The position numbers and the translations under genes are program-made. A DNA stretch of 64,000 nucleotides, taken from the NCBI GenBank assembly GCA_964482725.1, contig CAYZYT010000013.1, positions 1,465-65,464 on the forward strand, in the 5' to 3' direction. Of the stretch, positions 38,151 through 47,725 are shown piece by piece; within the stretch, counting starts at the first letter, position 1, and the number at the start of each line of letters is the position of its first letter. The notes beneath the pieces were generated by a model that was not told the origin of the DNA, did no database searches, and saw nothing but the letters and a program-made list of their open reading frames with translations. The DNA comes from an uncultured bacterium. GTDB lineage: Bacteria > Omnitrophota > Omnitrophia > Omnitrophales > Aquincolibacteriaceae.

Positions 38151-38224
38151 TGTCGGGGGCCAGGATTGAACTGGCGACCTAGGGCTTATGAGTCCCTCGC
38201 TCTAGCCAACTGAGCTACCCCGAC
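38151..38224 (-). tRNA. tRNA with CAT anticodon (elongator Met or Ile2/lysidine type), adjacent to tilS
   Basis: Minus sense: GTCGGGGTAGCTCAGTTGGCTAGAGCGAGGGACTCATAAGCCCTAGGTCGCCAGTTCAATCCTGGCCCCCGACA. 7-bp acceptor with G1:C72 pair (not initiator type), D arm, anticodon loop CTCATAA, T arm GCCAG/TTCAATC/CTGGC. CCA not encoded. Confidence 0.85.
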
Positions 38225-38431
38225 ATAATGATCTCAACAAAGAAGAGAAAGAAAAATCAGTCAGAATAAAATTGCCAAGAACCGTTTAAAATTCGAGACT
38301 TTCCCTCACCCCAGCAGATTCGAGGTCGGGTATATTAACATAGCTTCGCGCGAACACACAAGTACGGTTGCACGAAAAGAGGCGCCTAAATCATTCTTTA
38401 CAGGACCCGCTTCGAAGCGTAGACTGAACGC

Positions 38432-39424
38432 ATGAAACAGAAGGTTCCTTCGAAAGCACCCGTCCAGCACTCCTCGGTTGAAAAAATTCAAGCGGACGCC
38501 ATTATTTTCGACATCGACAATGTCCTTGTTGATACCCGTCAATCGTATCTTGAGGCTATCCGAAACACCGTGGAGCTCTATCTGACCCACGGGCCCATCC
38601 CTTTTTTCAGCCGCTCATCCGGGGGAAAGTTCCCGAGCCTGCTCACCCCGGGAGACGTAGACCAATTCAAACTTCTTGGCGGACTCAATGACGACTGGGA
38701 CTGCTGCTACGGCCTGCTCGTGTATCTCCTGTCGCTTCCGGTTAAGAACAGAACCCTCGAAGCTCTCAAAAAATCGGTCGCCATTGAAAAATTCGCAAAA
38801 AGCGTCAAACAACGGCCCCTCAGAGTCTCCGGCATAACGGCACTTTTCGGCCGTCCCACGACTGTCACTATCGAAAAAGTAGCCCGTATCTTCCAGGAGA
38901 TCTACCTCGGCAAGGACATTTTCCCGCGAGTAACGATGAACCGGATGCGCTATTGGAAAAAGCGAGGCCTCATCCACCGCGAAAAACTTATTTTTAAGCG
39001 CCCGATCCTTGAAAAGCTCAAGAGCCATGGCTTGAAACTCGGCATCGCGACCGGACGGCCGCTCTATGAAGCTTCCCACGCGCTCAAACATTTTGAGATC
39101 GCCGACCTTTTTGACGCCATGACCACCATGGACGACGTCAAAAAAGAAGAGCGGGAGAAAAAAGAATCCCTGCGAAAACCCCATCCTTTTTCCATTCTCA
39201 AAACGGCGCAAACCCTAGGCGCCAAAAAGAAATTTCTCTACGTGGGAGATCTTCCCGACGATGTCCTCGCCGCGAACCGCGCGAAATCCTCCCTCTCGAT
39301 CCGTTCCGTCGCTTTTCCAATGCTCGCTGCCAACCCCTTCCAGGCCACAAAAGAACTCGAAGCCGTCAAGCCAGATTTTTTCATCCGGACCCCCGCGGAC
39401 CTCTGCCGCCTTTTAAAGATCTAA
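38432..39424 (+). CDS. HAD-superfamily hydrolase
   Basis: 330 aa; DxD motif IIFDIDNVLVDT; C-terminal LYVGDLPDDV. Confidence 0.7.
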   Translation: MKQKVPSKAPVQHSSVEKIQADAIIFDIDNVLVDTRQSYLEAIRNTVELYLTHGPIPFFSRSSGGKFPSLLTPGDVDQFKLLGGLNDDWDCCYGLLVYLLSLPVKNRTLEALKKSVAIEKFAKSVKQRPLRVSGITALFGRPTTVTIEKVARIFQEIYLGKDIFPRVTMNRMRYWKKRGLIHREKLIFKRPILEKLKSHGLKLGIATGRPLYEASHALKHFEIADLFDAMTTMDDVKKEEREKKESLRKPHPFSILKTAQTLGAKKKFLYVGDLPDDVLAANRAKSSLSIRSVAFPMLAANPFQATKELEAVKPDFFIRTPADLCRLLKI

Positions 39425-39532
39425 CCTTTTGTTTGACTCTTCGATTGCATTTCGAAGATCGTGAAGTTAAAATCCCACAAGCTTTCAATTGCATTTCTAT
39501 TTTGCCTGAAAAAATTTCACGCCGGGGAGACC

Positions 39533-40345
39533 ATGAAACCATTTGCCATTGGATTCTTTTTCCTGGGGATCTTTTCCGCGGCCACCTTCCTCTGGGCCCA
39601 ATCCCAGGACGCTCCGATGACCGCCGATGAGCTGGGATGTCTTCAGAAAATGATCTTTTTCAATGAATGCTCGGGTCGTGTCGAGCGCATGGTCACCTGG
39701 AATGCCGATGAGGCTTTCCCCTCGTTCGGACTGGGACACTTCATCTGGTATCCCCAAGGAACGAAAGGCCCTTACCAGGCCCTGTTCCCGGACTTCCTCT
39801 CCTTCCTGGAGGCTCAAAAAACAGAGATCCCTGCGTGGATCAAGGCCTTGCCGACGCGGGAAGCCCCTTGGAAAAGCCGCGAAGAATTCTTGAGCGACTT
39901 TTCGAGCGAGCGCATGACCTCTTTAAGGAATTTCCTGGATCGAACCCAAGGATTCCAAACCCAATTCATTATCCAAAGAGTTAAAGGAATTCTTCCCCGG
40001 ATGCTGGCGGCAATTCCGGAGGGAAAACGCCCCGAGATCGAACTGAAATTTAAAGAGATCGCGGACGCTCCCAAAGGAATGTTTGCTTTGATCGATTATG
40101 TGAATTTTAAAGGCGAAGGCATCCTCGAGACAGAAAGATCTCAAGGGCAAGGCTGGGGGCTGCTTCAGGTTCTGGAAGAAATGCGAACGCCCGAAAAAAA
40201 AGAGGCTGCGTTGGAAGAATTTGTACGGGCAGCAAAAAAGGTCCTCGAGAACAGGGTCAAGAACGCCCCCCCGGAAAAAGATTGTTCCAAGCGCCTGGGC
40301 GGCTGGAAAACGAGGGTGAAGAATTATCTGAAGATCAAATGCTAA
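39533..40345 (+). CDS. Hypothetical secreted protein
   Basis: Signal peptide MKPFAIGFFFLGIFSAATFLWAQS; no recognised motifs. The ORF track starts at 39461. Confidence 0.45.
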   Translation: MKPFAIGFFFLGIFSAATFLWAQSQDAPMTADELGCLQKMIFFNECSGRVERMVTWNADEAFPSFGLGHFIWYPQGTKGPYQALFPDFLSFLEAQKTEIPAWIKALPTREAPWKSREEFLSDFSSERMTSLRNFLDRTQGFQTQFIIQRVKGILPRMLAAIPEGKRPEIELKFKEIADAPKGMFALIDYVNFKGEGILETERSQGQGWGLLQVLEEMRTPEKKEAALEEFVRAAKKVLENRVKNAPPEKDCSKRLGGWKTRVKNYLKIKC

Positions 40346-40427
40346 AAACAAACTCCAATAACCAAGATCCAAGAAATTGATTATTGGCGTTTGGTCCTTG
40401 TTGGGATCTTAAGATTTTCCTGAAATT

Positions 40428-41507
40428 TTAGGAAAGAATGGCTTTGCGGAGAAGGATCATCCCGCCCCCGATCAAAAGAATGTTCGGGAGCCAGAGGCTG
40501 ATCATGGGCGGCAGGCCACCCCGTGACGCAAGGGTCTGAGCGATGGCGAAAAGAATATAATAAACACTGGTTGCCGCCATGGAGATCCCAAAACTGATCA
40601 CGACCTCTCCGCGCTTAACGATCGTCGCGATCGGAATACCGATAAAAACGAACACCAGAGATCCGAAAGCAAACGCGATCCTCTGGTGGAAGACCGTCCA
40701 GAGGTCACGACGTTCTTTTTTCTCGGGCTTTTCTGAAACATCCACAAGGATCTCAGCCAGGGTCATGTCCTTTTTCTTTTTGCCCAGGTTGCGGATATCA
40801 TTCTCATCCATCGTCGGGAATTTATAGGTCTTGAACTGAACGGATTGGATCCCCTTGTCCTGAGATTCTGAAACGCTCCCGTTGAAAAGCTGGACTTCCA
40901 GCTGTCCGGTATTCGAGTCCATCACGATCTTGCCGCTTTCCGCAACGATCGTCCTCACGGGATTTTCAGAATCCACGCCCTCATGAGCCACGATATCTTT
41001 CATTTCGTTCCCTTCGACGCGTTTCGCGAGAAAAAGAATGCTGGGGCTGATCCTCACAAAACGGCCGGGCTCGATCAACGCCATCGGATGCTGCATAACC
41101 ATTCTCTTCGTCGCACGGCGCAATTCATAGCGAGCGGGCGGTCCGACCTGGTCATTAAAAACAAACATGCAGAGGCTTAACGCGAAACCCAGAATGAGCG
41201 GCGGCATCATGAACCTCAGCGGATGCACCCCGGAGGCTTTCATGGCGCGAAATTCATTATGCTGGGAAAAACTCCCAAACACGATCAGGACACCCGTCAG
41301 AAGACTCATCGGCGCGGTATAGCTAACGATCGAGGGTACCACCAGCAGCATCACATAGAGCGTCTGCATGAACGGAACCCCGCGACCGATGATCATATCC
41401 GCCGCTTTCACAAGATACCCCGCCATAAAAATAAAACTAAGCACCGTAAAACAAAGGAGGCACGGCAGAAGCAGTTCCTTAAGAACGTAACGCTGGAGAA
41501 TTTTCAT
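40428..41507 (-). CDS. LptF/LptG family LPS export permease
   Basis: 359 aa; MKILQRYVLKELLLPCLLCFTVLSFIFMAGYLV, six TM segments and a periplasmic beta-jellyroll. Confidence 0.8.
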   Translation of the reverse strand: MKILQRYVLKELLLPCLLCFTVLSFIFMAGYLVKAADMIIGRGVPFMQTLYVMLLVVPSIVSYTAPMSLLTGVLIVFGSFSQHNEFRAMKASGVHPLRFMMPPLILGFALSLCMFVFNDQVGPPARYELRRATKRMVMQHPMALIEPGRFVRISPSILFLAKRVEGNEMKDIVAHEGVDSENPVRTIVAESGKIVMDSNTGQLEVQLFNGSVSESQDKGIQSVQFKTYKFPTMDENDIRNLGKKKKDMTLAEILVDVSEKPEKKERRDLWTVFHQRIAFAFGSLVFVFIGIPIATIVKRGEVVISFGISMAATSVYYILFAIAQTLASRGGLPPMISLWLPNILLIGGGMILLRKAILS

Positions 41508-41619
41508 TTTGAGTCATTTCTCAGGGGTTCAACATACATGAGCGGTGGTATTGTATCAAAGAACCGGAGAACGGGGAACGGGAAACGGTATCGGCCCCTG
41601 GGAATGGGAAACGCCTGGA

Positions 41620-42831
41620 TCACTCATTCCCCGAGATACTTCCCAACGCGGACTCCCGAACAGCACTCACGAATTCTTCCGGCCCGACAAAACCATTCAT
41701 GCGAAGACTGGGAACCTCCCGACCTTTTTCATCTAGAAAAACGATCGTGGGGACACCCAACACATCGAACCGGCGCACGGCCTCGCGGGTCTCGTCCGTA
41801 TCCGCGGAAGTAGCGTCGACTTTGATCTTGCGAAAAGGTTGCAACATTTTGACGACCCTCAAATCCGAATAGGTAAATTGTTCGAGTTCGTGGCACGGAA
41901 TACACCAGTCCGCGTAAAAATCGAGAATCACCGGTTGTCCCGAGGCTTGGGCTTCCTCAAGAATCCCGGTGTGATATTTTTCCCAGGCTATCCCGCTCTT
42001 GGGTGTAAAAAAAAAGAAAAGACCGATCGCAACCGCAAGCGCCCCCAGGATCCACTGAAACGCAAAAAACTTTTTCGAAAACCTGGCGGAACGCTCGATC
42101 CACCCGAGATAAAGACCTCCGACCACAAAGGCCGCCGGAACGATCCCTTTCACGAAGGGCCACTTGAAGGCGATCGCAACATAAAAGATCCCAAAGGTCA
42201 AAAGCACCACGCCCATCAACCGCTCGAACCAAACGAGCCACGCCCCCGACTTCGGCAATTTGGAGAGAAGCCTGGAATAGGTCCCGAGCACCAGATACGG
42301 AAGGCCGAGCCCGAGCGCCATAACAAAAAAGAGGGAAAACCCGAAAACCATGTTCTGCTGTACGCTCACGAAGGCGAGGAGCCCCAACACGGCGGGTCCC
42401 ATGCACGGCGCCGCAACGATCCCCACCAAAAGTCCTGAAACAAAAAAGCTAAGAAGGGCGCCCTGGGCCGCTCCCGGACGGGACGGTACGAGCCACGCGG
42501 GCAGCCGGAATTGATAAAGCCCGAGCATGCTGAAGGCGAGGCCGATGACCAGGATCCCGGTCGCCAACTGCACCCAAAAATTCTGAAGCCAGTGGCCGAA
42601 AAAACTTCCGGTCATCGCCGCGACAAGGCCAAGCACACTGTACATCGTCACGATGCCGAGCACATAGGCTAAGGCTTTCAGGAACGCGCGGCCATGCGGC
42701 TCACCTTCCGTCCCCCGGAAAAGCGAGATCGTAATGGAGAGCATGGGATAGACACACGGCGTAAGGTTCAGGCCGAGCCCGAGGAAGAAAACGCTTATAA
42801 AGATAAAAGGCGAGTGGCTAAATTCAGTCAT
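41620..42831 (-). CDS. dsbD: DsbD/CcdA-type thiol:disulfide interchange protein with C-terminal thioredoxin domain
   Basis: 403 aa; TM core with conserved Cys pair (NLTPCVYPML..., VAAPCMGP); C-terminal PVILDFYADWCIPCHELE. Confidence 0.8.
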   Translation of the reverse strand: MTEFSHSPFIFISVFFLGLGLNLTPCVYPMLSITISLFRGTEGEPHGRAFLKALAYVLGIVTMYSVLGLVAAMTGSFFGHWLQNFWVQLATGILVIGLAFSMLGLYQFRLPAWLVPSRPGAAQGALLSFFVSGLLVGIVAAPCMGPAVLGLLAFVSVQQNMVFGFSLFFVMALGLGLPYLVLGTYSRLLSKLPKSGAWLVWFERLMGVVLLTFGIFYVAIAFKWPFVKGIVPAAFVVGGLYLGWIERSARFSKKFFAFQWILGALAVAIGLFFFFTPKSGIAWEKYHTGILEEAQASGQPVILDFYADWCIPCHELEQFTYSDLRVVKMLQPFRKIKVDATSADTDETREAVRRFDVLGVPTIVFLDEKGREVPSLRMNGFVGPEEFVSAVRESALGSISGNE

Positions 42832-42849
42832 CTTAAAACCCAGGGTGAC

Positions 42850-42915
42850 GAATGGTGGAGGGTGGATGGTGCAGCAACGGGCTCTCCGTCATCCGCCATC
42901 CGCCCTCCTCCATCC
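42850..42915. repeat. GGATGG/CCATCC-rich long hairpin element, copy 2
   Basis: gaatggtggagggtggatggtg-cagcaacgggctct-ccgtcatccgccatccgccctcctccatcc; intergenic between exonuclease stop and dsbD start. Confidence 0.5.
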
Positions 42916-42920
42916 TATGT

Positions 42921-43571
42921 TTAAAAAAGGCTCGTCGGGAATTCTGTCTTCGGCGCGCTCTTCTTCGTAAAAAATTCCGCCGTCGATTGCTTCCAATTCA
43001 CCGGGACCTCATGAGTCTTAAAATCCCAGGTCGAAGTAAAATAGATCTTTCCTTCGCGGCAGCCGTATTCATAGACATTCTTCGTCAGACGGACATCATC
43101 CAGGCAATATTTCTTGAGTTCCTCCATCCGACCTTCTTTAAAAAGCACCAAGGCCTCCGCCCCGTCGCCGGACTTCCCTTCCTTCACCGTCGCGCGCGCC
43201 ACGCTGTCAAGACTGACCCGGTGGCCGCGGGCCTTTTCAATATCATCTAGAAGGTCCAGCACCGGAAATTGGTCAACCGTTTTAAAAAGATAGGGCTGGA
43301 GCACCGCCATGTCGAAGCGCCGGATATTGAATCCGACAAGAAGGTCCGCGGTCTGGAGCCGCTGTTCGAATGTCACCATATCCTTTTCCTCATAGGAGAC
43401 ATACTCGTCCGTGAGGAAATCGTAGGTACACACGACCGAGACCTTGAGTTTCGAGAGGCTCATCGCCTTCGACTTCCCGATCTCCTTGAACGATTTCTGC
43501 GTCTCAACGTCCAATACGAGGATATTCTTACGTTCTTCCATAGGCCCTTTGGGTGAATGCTTATCAGCCAC
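42921..43571 (-). CDS. RNase H-like 3'-5' exonuclease domain protein (DEDD family)
   Basis: 216 aa; ILVLDVETQ (Exo I DxE), predicted RNase H-like fold. Confidence 0.55.
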   Translation of the reverse strand: MADKHSPKGPMEERKNILVLDVETQKSFKEIGKSKAMSLSKLKVSVVCTYDFLTDEYVSYEEKDMVTFEQRLQTADLLVGFNIRRFDMAVLQPYLFKTVDQFPVLDLLDDIEKARGHRVSLDSVARATVKEGKSGDGAEALVLFKEGRMEELKKYCLDDVRLTKNVYEYGCREGKIYFTSTWDFKTHEVPVNWKQSTAEFFTKKSAPKTEFPTSLF

Positions 43572-44514
43572 GTTTGGGTTTTAAAAGATTTTTTATGGTT
43601 TTAGCCGCTTTGTCAGCCTCCGGGCCTGTGTAAGAGCCCTCATATTTTACGAACACCTTGTACGCATCGGCGACACCTTTCGCATTCAATTTTACGGCTT
43701 TTTGATAATCGCCCAGAGCGGACTCGTATTCCGCAAGCCTGAAATAAGCAAGCGCCCGGTCATAATAAGCCCAGCTGTACTTCGGGTCCAGCGAAAGGGC
43801 CTCCGTGTCATCCGCCAGTGCTTTTTTGAGATCGCCCGTCTCCTGATAAGCCCATCCCCGGTCGCAATAAGCGCTGACATCTTTGGGATCCAGCTTGATC
43901 GCCTGGTCGTAGTCGGCGATCGCTTTGTCAAAGTTTTTTTGGGATAAGTAAGTTTTCCCTCTCAGGTAATAATCCGTGCTGGAGTTGGCCGCGCCGCGGA
44001 TCTCGATCGCCCTGTTAAAATCCGACAAAGCTTGCTCGAAATCCCCCTTTTTGGAATAAATAATCCCACGGCTGGAATACGCCGGCGCGAGATCCGGCGT
44101 TATTCCGATCGCTTTCGTATAATCCGCCAACGCTTGCCCCAGATCGTTCCGCGAATCATAGATGCTTGCCCGGTAAAAATAAGCTGCCGCAAGATCGGGA
44201 TTTATCTTTAAAGCTTTATTAAAATCCGCAAGCGCCTTTTCGCTCTTCCTCTTCACATAGTAAATAAGCCCCCGGTTATGGTAAGCCTCGGCGAAATCCG
44301 GCTTGAGCTCGATCGCTTTACTGAAGGATTTGATCGCCGCGGTGTAATTGCCTTTTTGTCCGTAAGCAACCCCCTTTGAAAAAAAATCTTTCTCGGATTC
44401 AGCGCCAGACGCAACGGGCCCAGAAAAAAGAAGGCCGATCATCACCATCGCTGCCATGTTTTTAAAAAAATTCCCCTGCTTCCCCATAATGCCCCCACCC
44501 TCGTTTTGCTGCAA
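43564..44514 (-). CDS. TPR-repeat protein with signal peptide
   Basis: 316 aa; many canonical TPRs (AIELKPDFAEAYHNRGLIYY, ALKINPDLAAAYFYRASIY, ...). Confidence 0.75.
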   Translation of the reverse strand: MQQNEGGGIMGKQGNFFKNMAAMVMIGLLFSGPVASGAESEKDFFSKGVAYGQKGNYTAAIKSFSKAIELKPDFAEAYHNRGLIYYVKRKSEKALADFNKALKINPDLAAAYFYRASIYDSRNDLGQALADYTKAIGITPDLAPAYSSRGIIYSKKGDFEQALSDFNRAIEIRGAANSSTDYYLRGKTYLSQKNFDKAIADYDQAIKLDPKDVSAYCDRGWAYQETGDLKKALADDTEALSLDPKYSWAYYDRALAYFRLAEYESALGDYQKAVKLNAKGVADAYKVFVKYEGSYTGPEADKAAKTIKNLLKPKRG

Positions 44515-44517
44515 GAC

Positions 44518-45318
44518 TTAGATCAATTCTCTCAGATCGCGGATCACCGTCACGAAATCCTGATGGTCTTTCGCCAAAGTCGCATGCCGAGCCGAACGGT
44601 CGAGCCAGATGGCCTTGATCCCGGCCAGATGCGCGCCGCGGACATCGTCTTCCAGGCTATCCCCGATATGAACAGCCTCGCCCGCCGAGACATTCGCTTT
44701 TTTTAAAGCTTCCTCAAAGATCTTCGGGTTGGGTTTGGCCGCGCCGAAAACCGCTGAGATAATTTTGAAATCGAAATACCGATCGATCCCAAGGCCCTCG
44801 CATAATTTCAAAAGACGGCTGTCCCAATTCGAGACCATCCCAATAATAAATTTTTTCTCCTTAAACGCCTGAAGCACGTCCTTAACTTCCGGATAAAGTT
44901 TCCAAACACCGGGTTCGGCGAAAAGAGTGTGGAGCTCGTCAAAAAAAGGATCGAACGCCCGAAGCCCTTTAAAATCCTGAAAGACGGCCGTCACGATCTT
45001 GCGCCAAAACTCCTTCTCAACCTTCTCATCCGATTGGCTCCTAAGATCGCCTATCCCGTCATGCTCGCTCCAGACCCGACGGAACGCGGCCTCGACTTCT
45101 TTGACACCCACTTGGCAGCCATGCTTCGCAGCCACTTCGCTGTAATAATATCCTACCGACGGGAACGGACGGAAAAGGGTCCCCCCCGCATCCAACAAGA
45201 TCGCCCGGGTCCCTGCGGGGATCTTCACGTTCGCCTTAATATCAGGGAAAGGTCTGCTTCCCTTTGGAAGACCCGTCCCTTGGGTGTCAAAATTGGAGGA
45301 ACTATTGCTGTGAGCCAC
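44518..45318 (-). CDS. HAD-superfamily hydrolase (start probably GTG at 45318; ORF track over-extends to 45780)
   Basis: AILLDAGGTLF (DxG), MVSNWD, HIGDSLEDDVRGA. GGAGGAG RBS 6 nt upstream of GTG at 45318; the upstream part of the track ORF overlaps the TPR gene in another frame. Confidence 0.65.
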   Translation of the reverse strand: MAHSNSSSNFDTQGTGLPKGSRPFPDIKANVKIPAGTRAILLDAGGTLFRPFPSVGYYYSEVAAKHGCQVGVKEVEAAFRRVWSEHDGIGDLRSQSDEKVEKEFWRKIVTAVFQDFKGLRAFDPFFDELHTLFAEPGVWKLYPEVKDVLQAFKEKKFIIGMVSNWDSRLLKLCEGLGIDRYFDFKIISAVFGAAKPNPKIFEEALKKANVSAGEAVHIGDSLEDDVRGAHLAGIKAIWLDRSARHATLAKDHQDFVTVIRDLRELI

Positions 45319-46138
45319 TTGAATCTCCTCCCCCACCGCCGAATTTCTGCATGAGCATTTGTCCCAGAGCGGGAAGAGCCTGCGCCACTCCCCCCGGATC
45401 CTGCGCATTAGGATCCTGCCCCATCGCGGCCGCGGTCTGTGGATTCGAGGAAAGGGAGCTTCCCATCGAAGGCATTCCAAACGAGGATCCGCCGCCTTTT
45501 TCCGGAGCCTTGCGCTTGACGTCCAGATCGCGAAGAGCTTCCTGAATATCCGGATTTCCGTAGTCAAACTCACGAGCCTTAAGATAAGCTTCTTTAGCCT
45601 CCTCGAAAAATCCCTGCTCCTCATAGACCGACCCGATCTGGAGCCAGGAAGCACACAAGAGATACGTATCCTGCTCCGGGTCACAAAGCCGGATCGCTTT
45701 TTTAAGCTCTTCACGCGAGCGTTCCATTTGAGCGAGCCTTTTATAGACGACCCCAAGATTGTAATGAGCGACCTTGTCATCCGGCTGGATCATCAGGACT
45801 TTTTCAAGAGCGTCCCGGCTTTTCACAAGCCATTCGGTGGACTGACTCCCCTTCTGCTTGCGCGTCCGGTCAAAAAGCGTGGCATAGACGGTCGAGAGCC
45901 GGGCGTAAAGCTCCGCGTTCCCGGGTTCCAGGCCAAGCCTCGCCTTGAGTTCCCGTTCCATGCCGACAAGCTCCACATCCGTTTTCCCGGAAAGATCTTC
46001 ACCGATCGAATCCCGTACGACCCTGGGATCCTCGGGTTCTTGATTTTCATAGGCGCAGGCCAAAGGAAGGATGAAATAAAAAGCAAGGGGCATCAGATAA
46101 AACGCTAAGACTCGTTTATAAACCACGAAAGTTCTCAA
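45302..46138 (-). CDS. TPR-repeat secreted protein with Gly/Ser/Gln-rich C-terminal tail
   Basis: 278 aa; signal-like N-terminus; TPRs (AELYARLSTVYATL, AHYNLGVVYKRLAQ, WLQIGSVYEEQGFFEEAKEAYLKA). Confidence 0.7.
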   Translation of the reverse strand: MRTFVVYKRVLAFYLMPLAFYFILPLACAYENQEPEDPRVVRDSIGEDLSGKTDVELVGMERELKARLGLEPGNAELYARLSTVYATLFDRTRKQKGSQSTEWLVKSRDALEKVLMIQPDDKVAHYNLGVVYKRLAQMERSREELKKAIRLCDPEQDTYLLCASWLQIGSVYEEQGFFEEAKEAYLKAREFDYGNPDIQEALRDLDVKRKAPEKGGGSSFGMPSMGSSLSSNPQTAAAMGQDPNAQDPGGVAQALPALGQMLMQKFGGGGGDSSGSQQ

Positions 46139-46456
46139 GGCCCGCAGGGGGGCCGGAAAGTTTGACGCGCGCGACGCGGCGGATCAGAAGACGATGCTTT
46201 TCCCCTTCCACGTAATCAATGTTCACGACCTGACCGGCGCGAAGCTCGGGGAGTTTATCAAAGCCGCTCAGCCCTGTTTGATTATCCGTATAAAAGGTAA
46301 GCCTCTGGATCTCCCCCGTCGCCGGGTGGCGAAAATCCACATCAAGACTTGCTCCGTCTTCGGCGACCTTCACCACATGCGCGGCAAGGGTTTTCATGAC
46401 AGGTTCGGCAAACAGACACTGCGGGCAGGCAAAAAGAGCGCCCGCTACCCACATGG
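46116..46456 (-). CDS. Small secreted hypothetical protein
   Basis: MWVAGALFACPQCLFAEPVMKTLAAHVVKV...; track ORF (46116..46694) likely over-extended. Confidence 0.35.
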
Positions 46457-46590
46457 CGATTATTATTTTGGGGCCGCCCCTTTTTGCCACAAAGCCACAC
46501 GCCCCACGCCACATGAAATTGATTATCTTGTGCCCTTGTGGCCTCGCGGCGTGTATCACTCGAAAAAAGGATGCTCCCCTGGGGGAGGTA

Positions 46591-47121
46591 TTACCCACAG
46601 CAACAGGACTTCGGCTTGAGAGCCTGGAGCGCTTTGTCGTAATCAGGATGCGTCGTGATTTCTTTGACGTACTCGACATACTGGATCTTATCATCCGGGC
46701 CGATCACAAAAACGGCGCGAGAGAGAAGTTTGAGTTCCTTAATGAGCACGCCATAAGCCTGCCCGAACGCGTGGTCCTGATAATCGGAAAGCATCTGGAC
46801 CTTGTCGGCCCCCGCAACGCCGCACCATCTCCCCTGAGCGAACGGAAGATCCATGCTGACCGTCATGACAACCACACTCGCCGGAAGTTTGGAAGCTTCT
46901 TGATTAAACCGCTTCGTCTGAAGATCGCACACCGGCGTATCGATCGAAGGCACCACGCTAATGAGCCGGGTCTTCCCTTTGGAATCCGCCAAAGTCACAG
47001 GCTTCAAGCCCGTATCGATAAGCTTGAAGTCCGGGGCTTTATCTCCCGCCTTAAGCTCCGGCCCGATCAGGGTCAGAGGCCCGCCTTGAAAGGTTGCAGC
47101 GTTCTTTCGTTCTTGTGACAT
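46591..47121 (-). CDS. tpx: Thiol peroxidase (atypical 2-Cys peroxiredoxin)
   Basis: [46 protein letters not shown]. Confidence 0.9.
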   Translation of the reverse strand: MSQERKNAATFQGGPLTLIGPELKAGDKAPDFKLIDTGLKPVTLADSKGKTRLISVVPSIDTPVCDLQTKRFNQEASKLPASVVVMTVSMDLPFAQGRWCGVAGADKVQMLSDYQDHAFGQAYGVLIKELKLLSRAVFVIGPDDKIQYVEYVKEITTHPDYDKALQALKPKSCCCG

Positions 47122-47146
47122 GGGATATTCCTCCTGAGAAGATGGT

Positions 47147-47518
47147 TTAGGAATTCTTTTTTCGGGGTTTGGAATAGTTGACGGAGATCACCGTATGGAT
47201 ACCGCCGCGCACATTGAAATCCGCATCAATCTCCATCCGCCGGGGTTTCGTCGCCTTGACCAGGGCATCGAGAATTTCGTTCGTGACCTTCTCATGGAAC
47301 GCCCCTTCATTGCGATAGCTCCAAAGGTAGAATTTCAAGCTCTTGAGCTCCACGCAAAATTCGTCGGGGATATAACGGATCCGGATCTCCGCAAAATCCG
47401 GCTGCCCGGTCTTCGGGCAAAGGCAGGTGAATTCCGGGCATTCGATATTGATCGTATAATCGCGCCCTGGATACGGATTCTTGAAGATCTCGATGTTTTT
47501 CGAAGGTTGTTTAATCAT
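47147..47518 (-). CDS. queF: NADPH-dependent 7-cyano-7-deazaguanine reductase
   Basis: 123 aa; [40 protein letters not shown]. Confidence 0.9.
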   Translation of the reverse strand: MIKQPSKNIEIFKNPYPGRDYTINIECPEFTCLCPKTGQPDFAEIRIRYIPDEFCVELKSLKFYLWSYRNEGAFHEKVTNEILDALVKATKPRRMEIDADFNVRGGIHTVISVNYSKPRKKNS

Positions 47519-47725
47519 AGGGCTGAATTATAGCATCGTTTTGTGGACCACTCCATCCTTTCCCGCACCCCGGCGCGCGTAACGGGCAACGTTCAACGGT
47601 CAACGGGATGGTTTTTACACACTTTCCAGTTTTTGTTCCCTCGTGCCCGTTGTCCGAGTCTTGAATGATTTTATTCTGGATTTTCTAACCTTCTGACGAT
47701 ACAGTAACTCAACAGGAGGTTTTTT

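Noticed and set aside
44518-45780. 420-aa minus ORF as a single gene
   Set aside because: Its N-terminal ~150 aa overlap the TPR gene 45302..46138 in another frame and are Arg/Ser-rich nonsense. The HAD domain begins near a GTG at 45318 with a GGAGGAG RBS.
46456-46694. Upstream extension of the 46116..46694 ORF ([15 protein letters not shown]...)
   Set aside because: It overlaps the tpx gene 3' end and is Ser/Arg-rich. A plausible signal-peptide start (MWVAGALF...) lies at about 46456.
47519-47600. preQ1 riboswitch upstream of queF
   Set aside because: I could not find the compact preQ1-I consensus (…CCC-U-AUAAAAAACUAA) or a convincing pseudoknot by eye. Left as unresolved rather than called.
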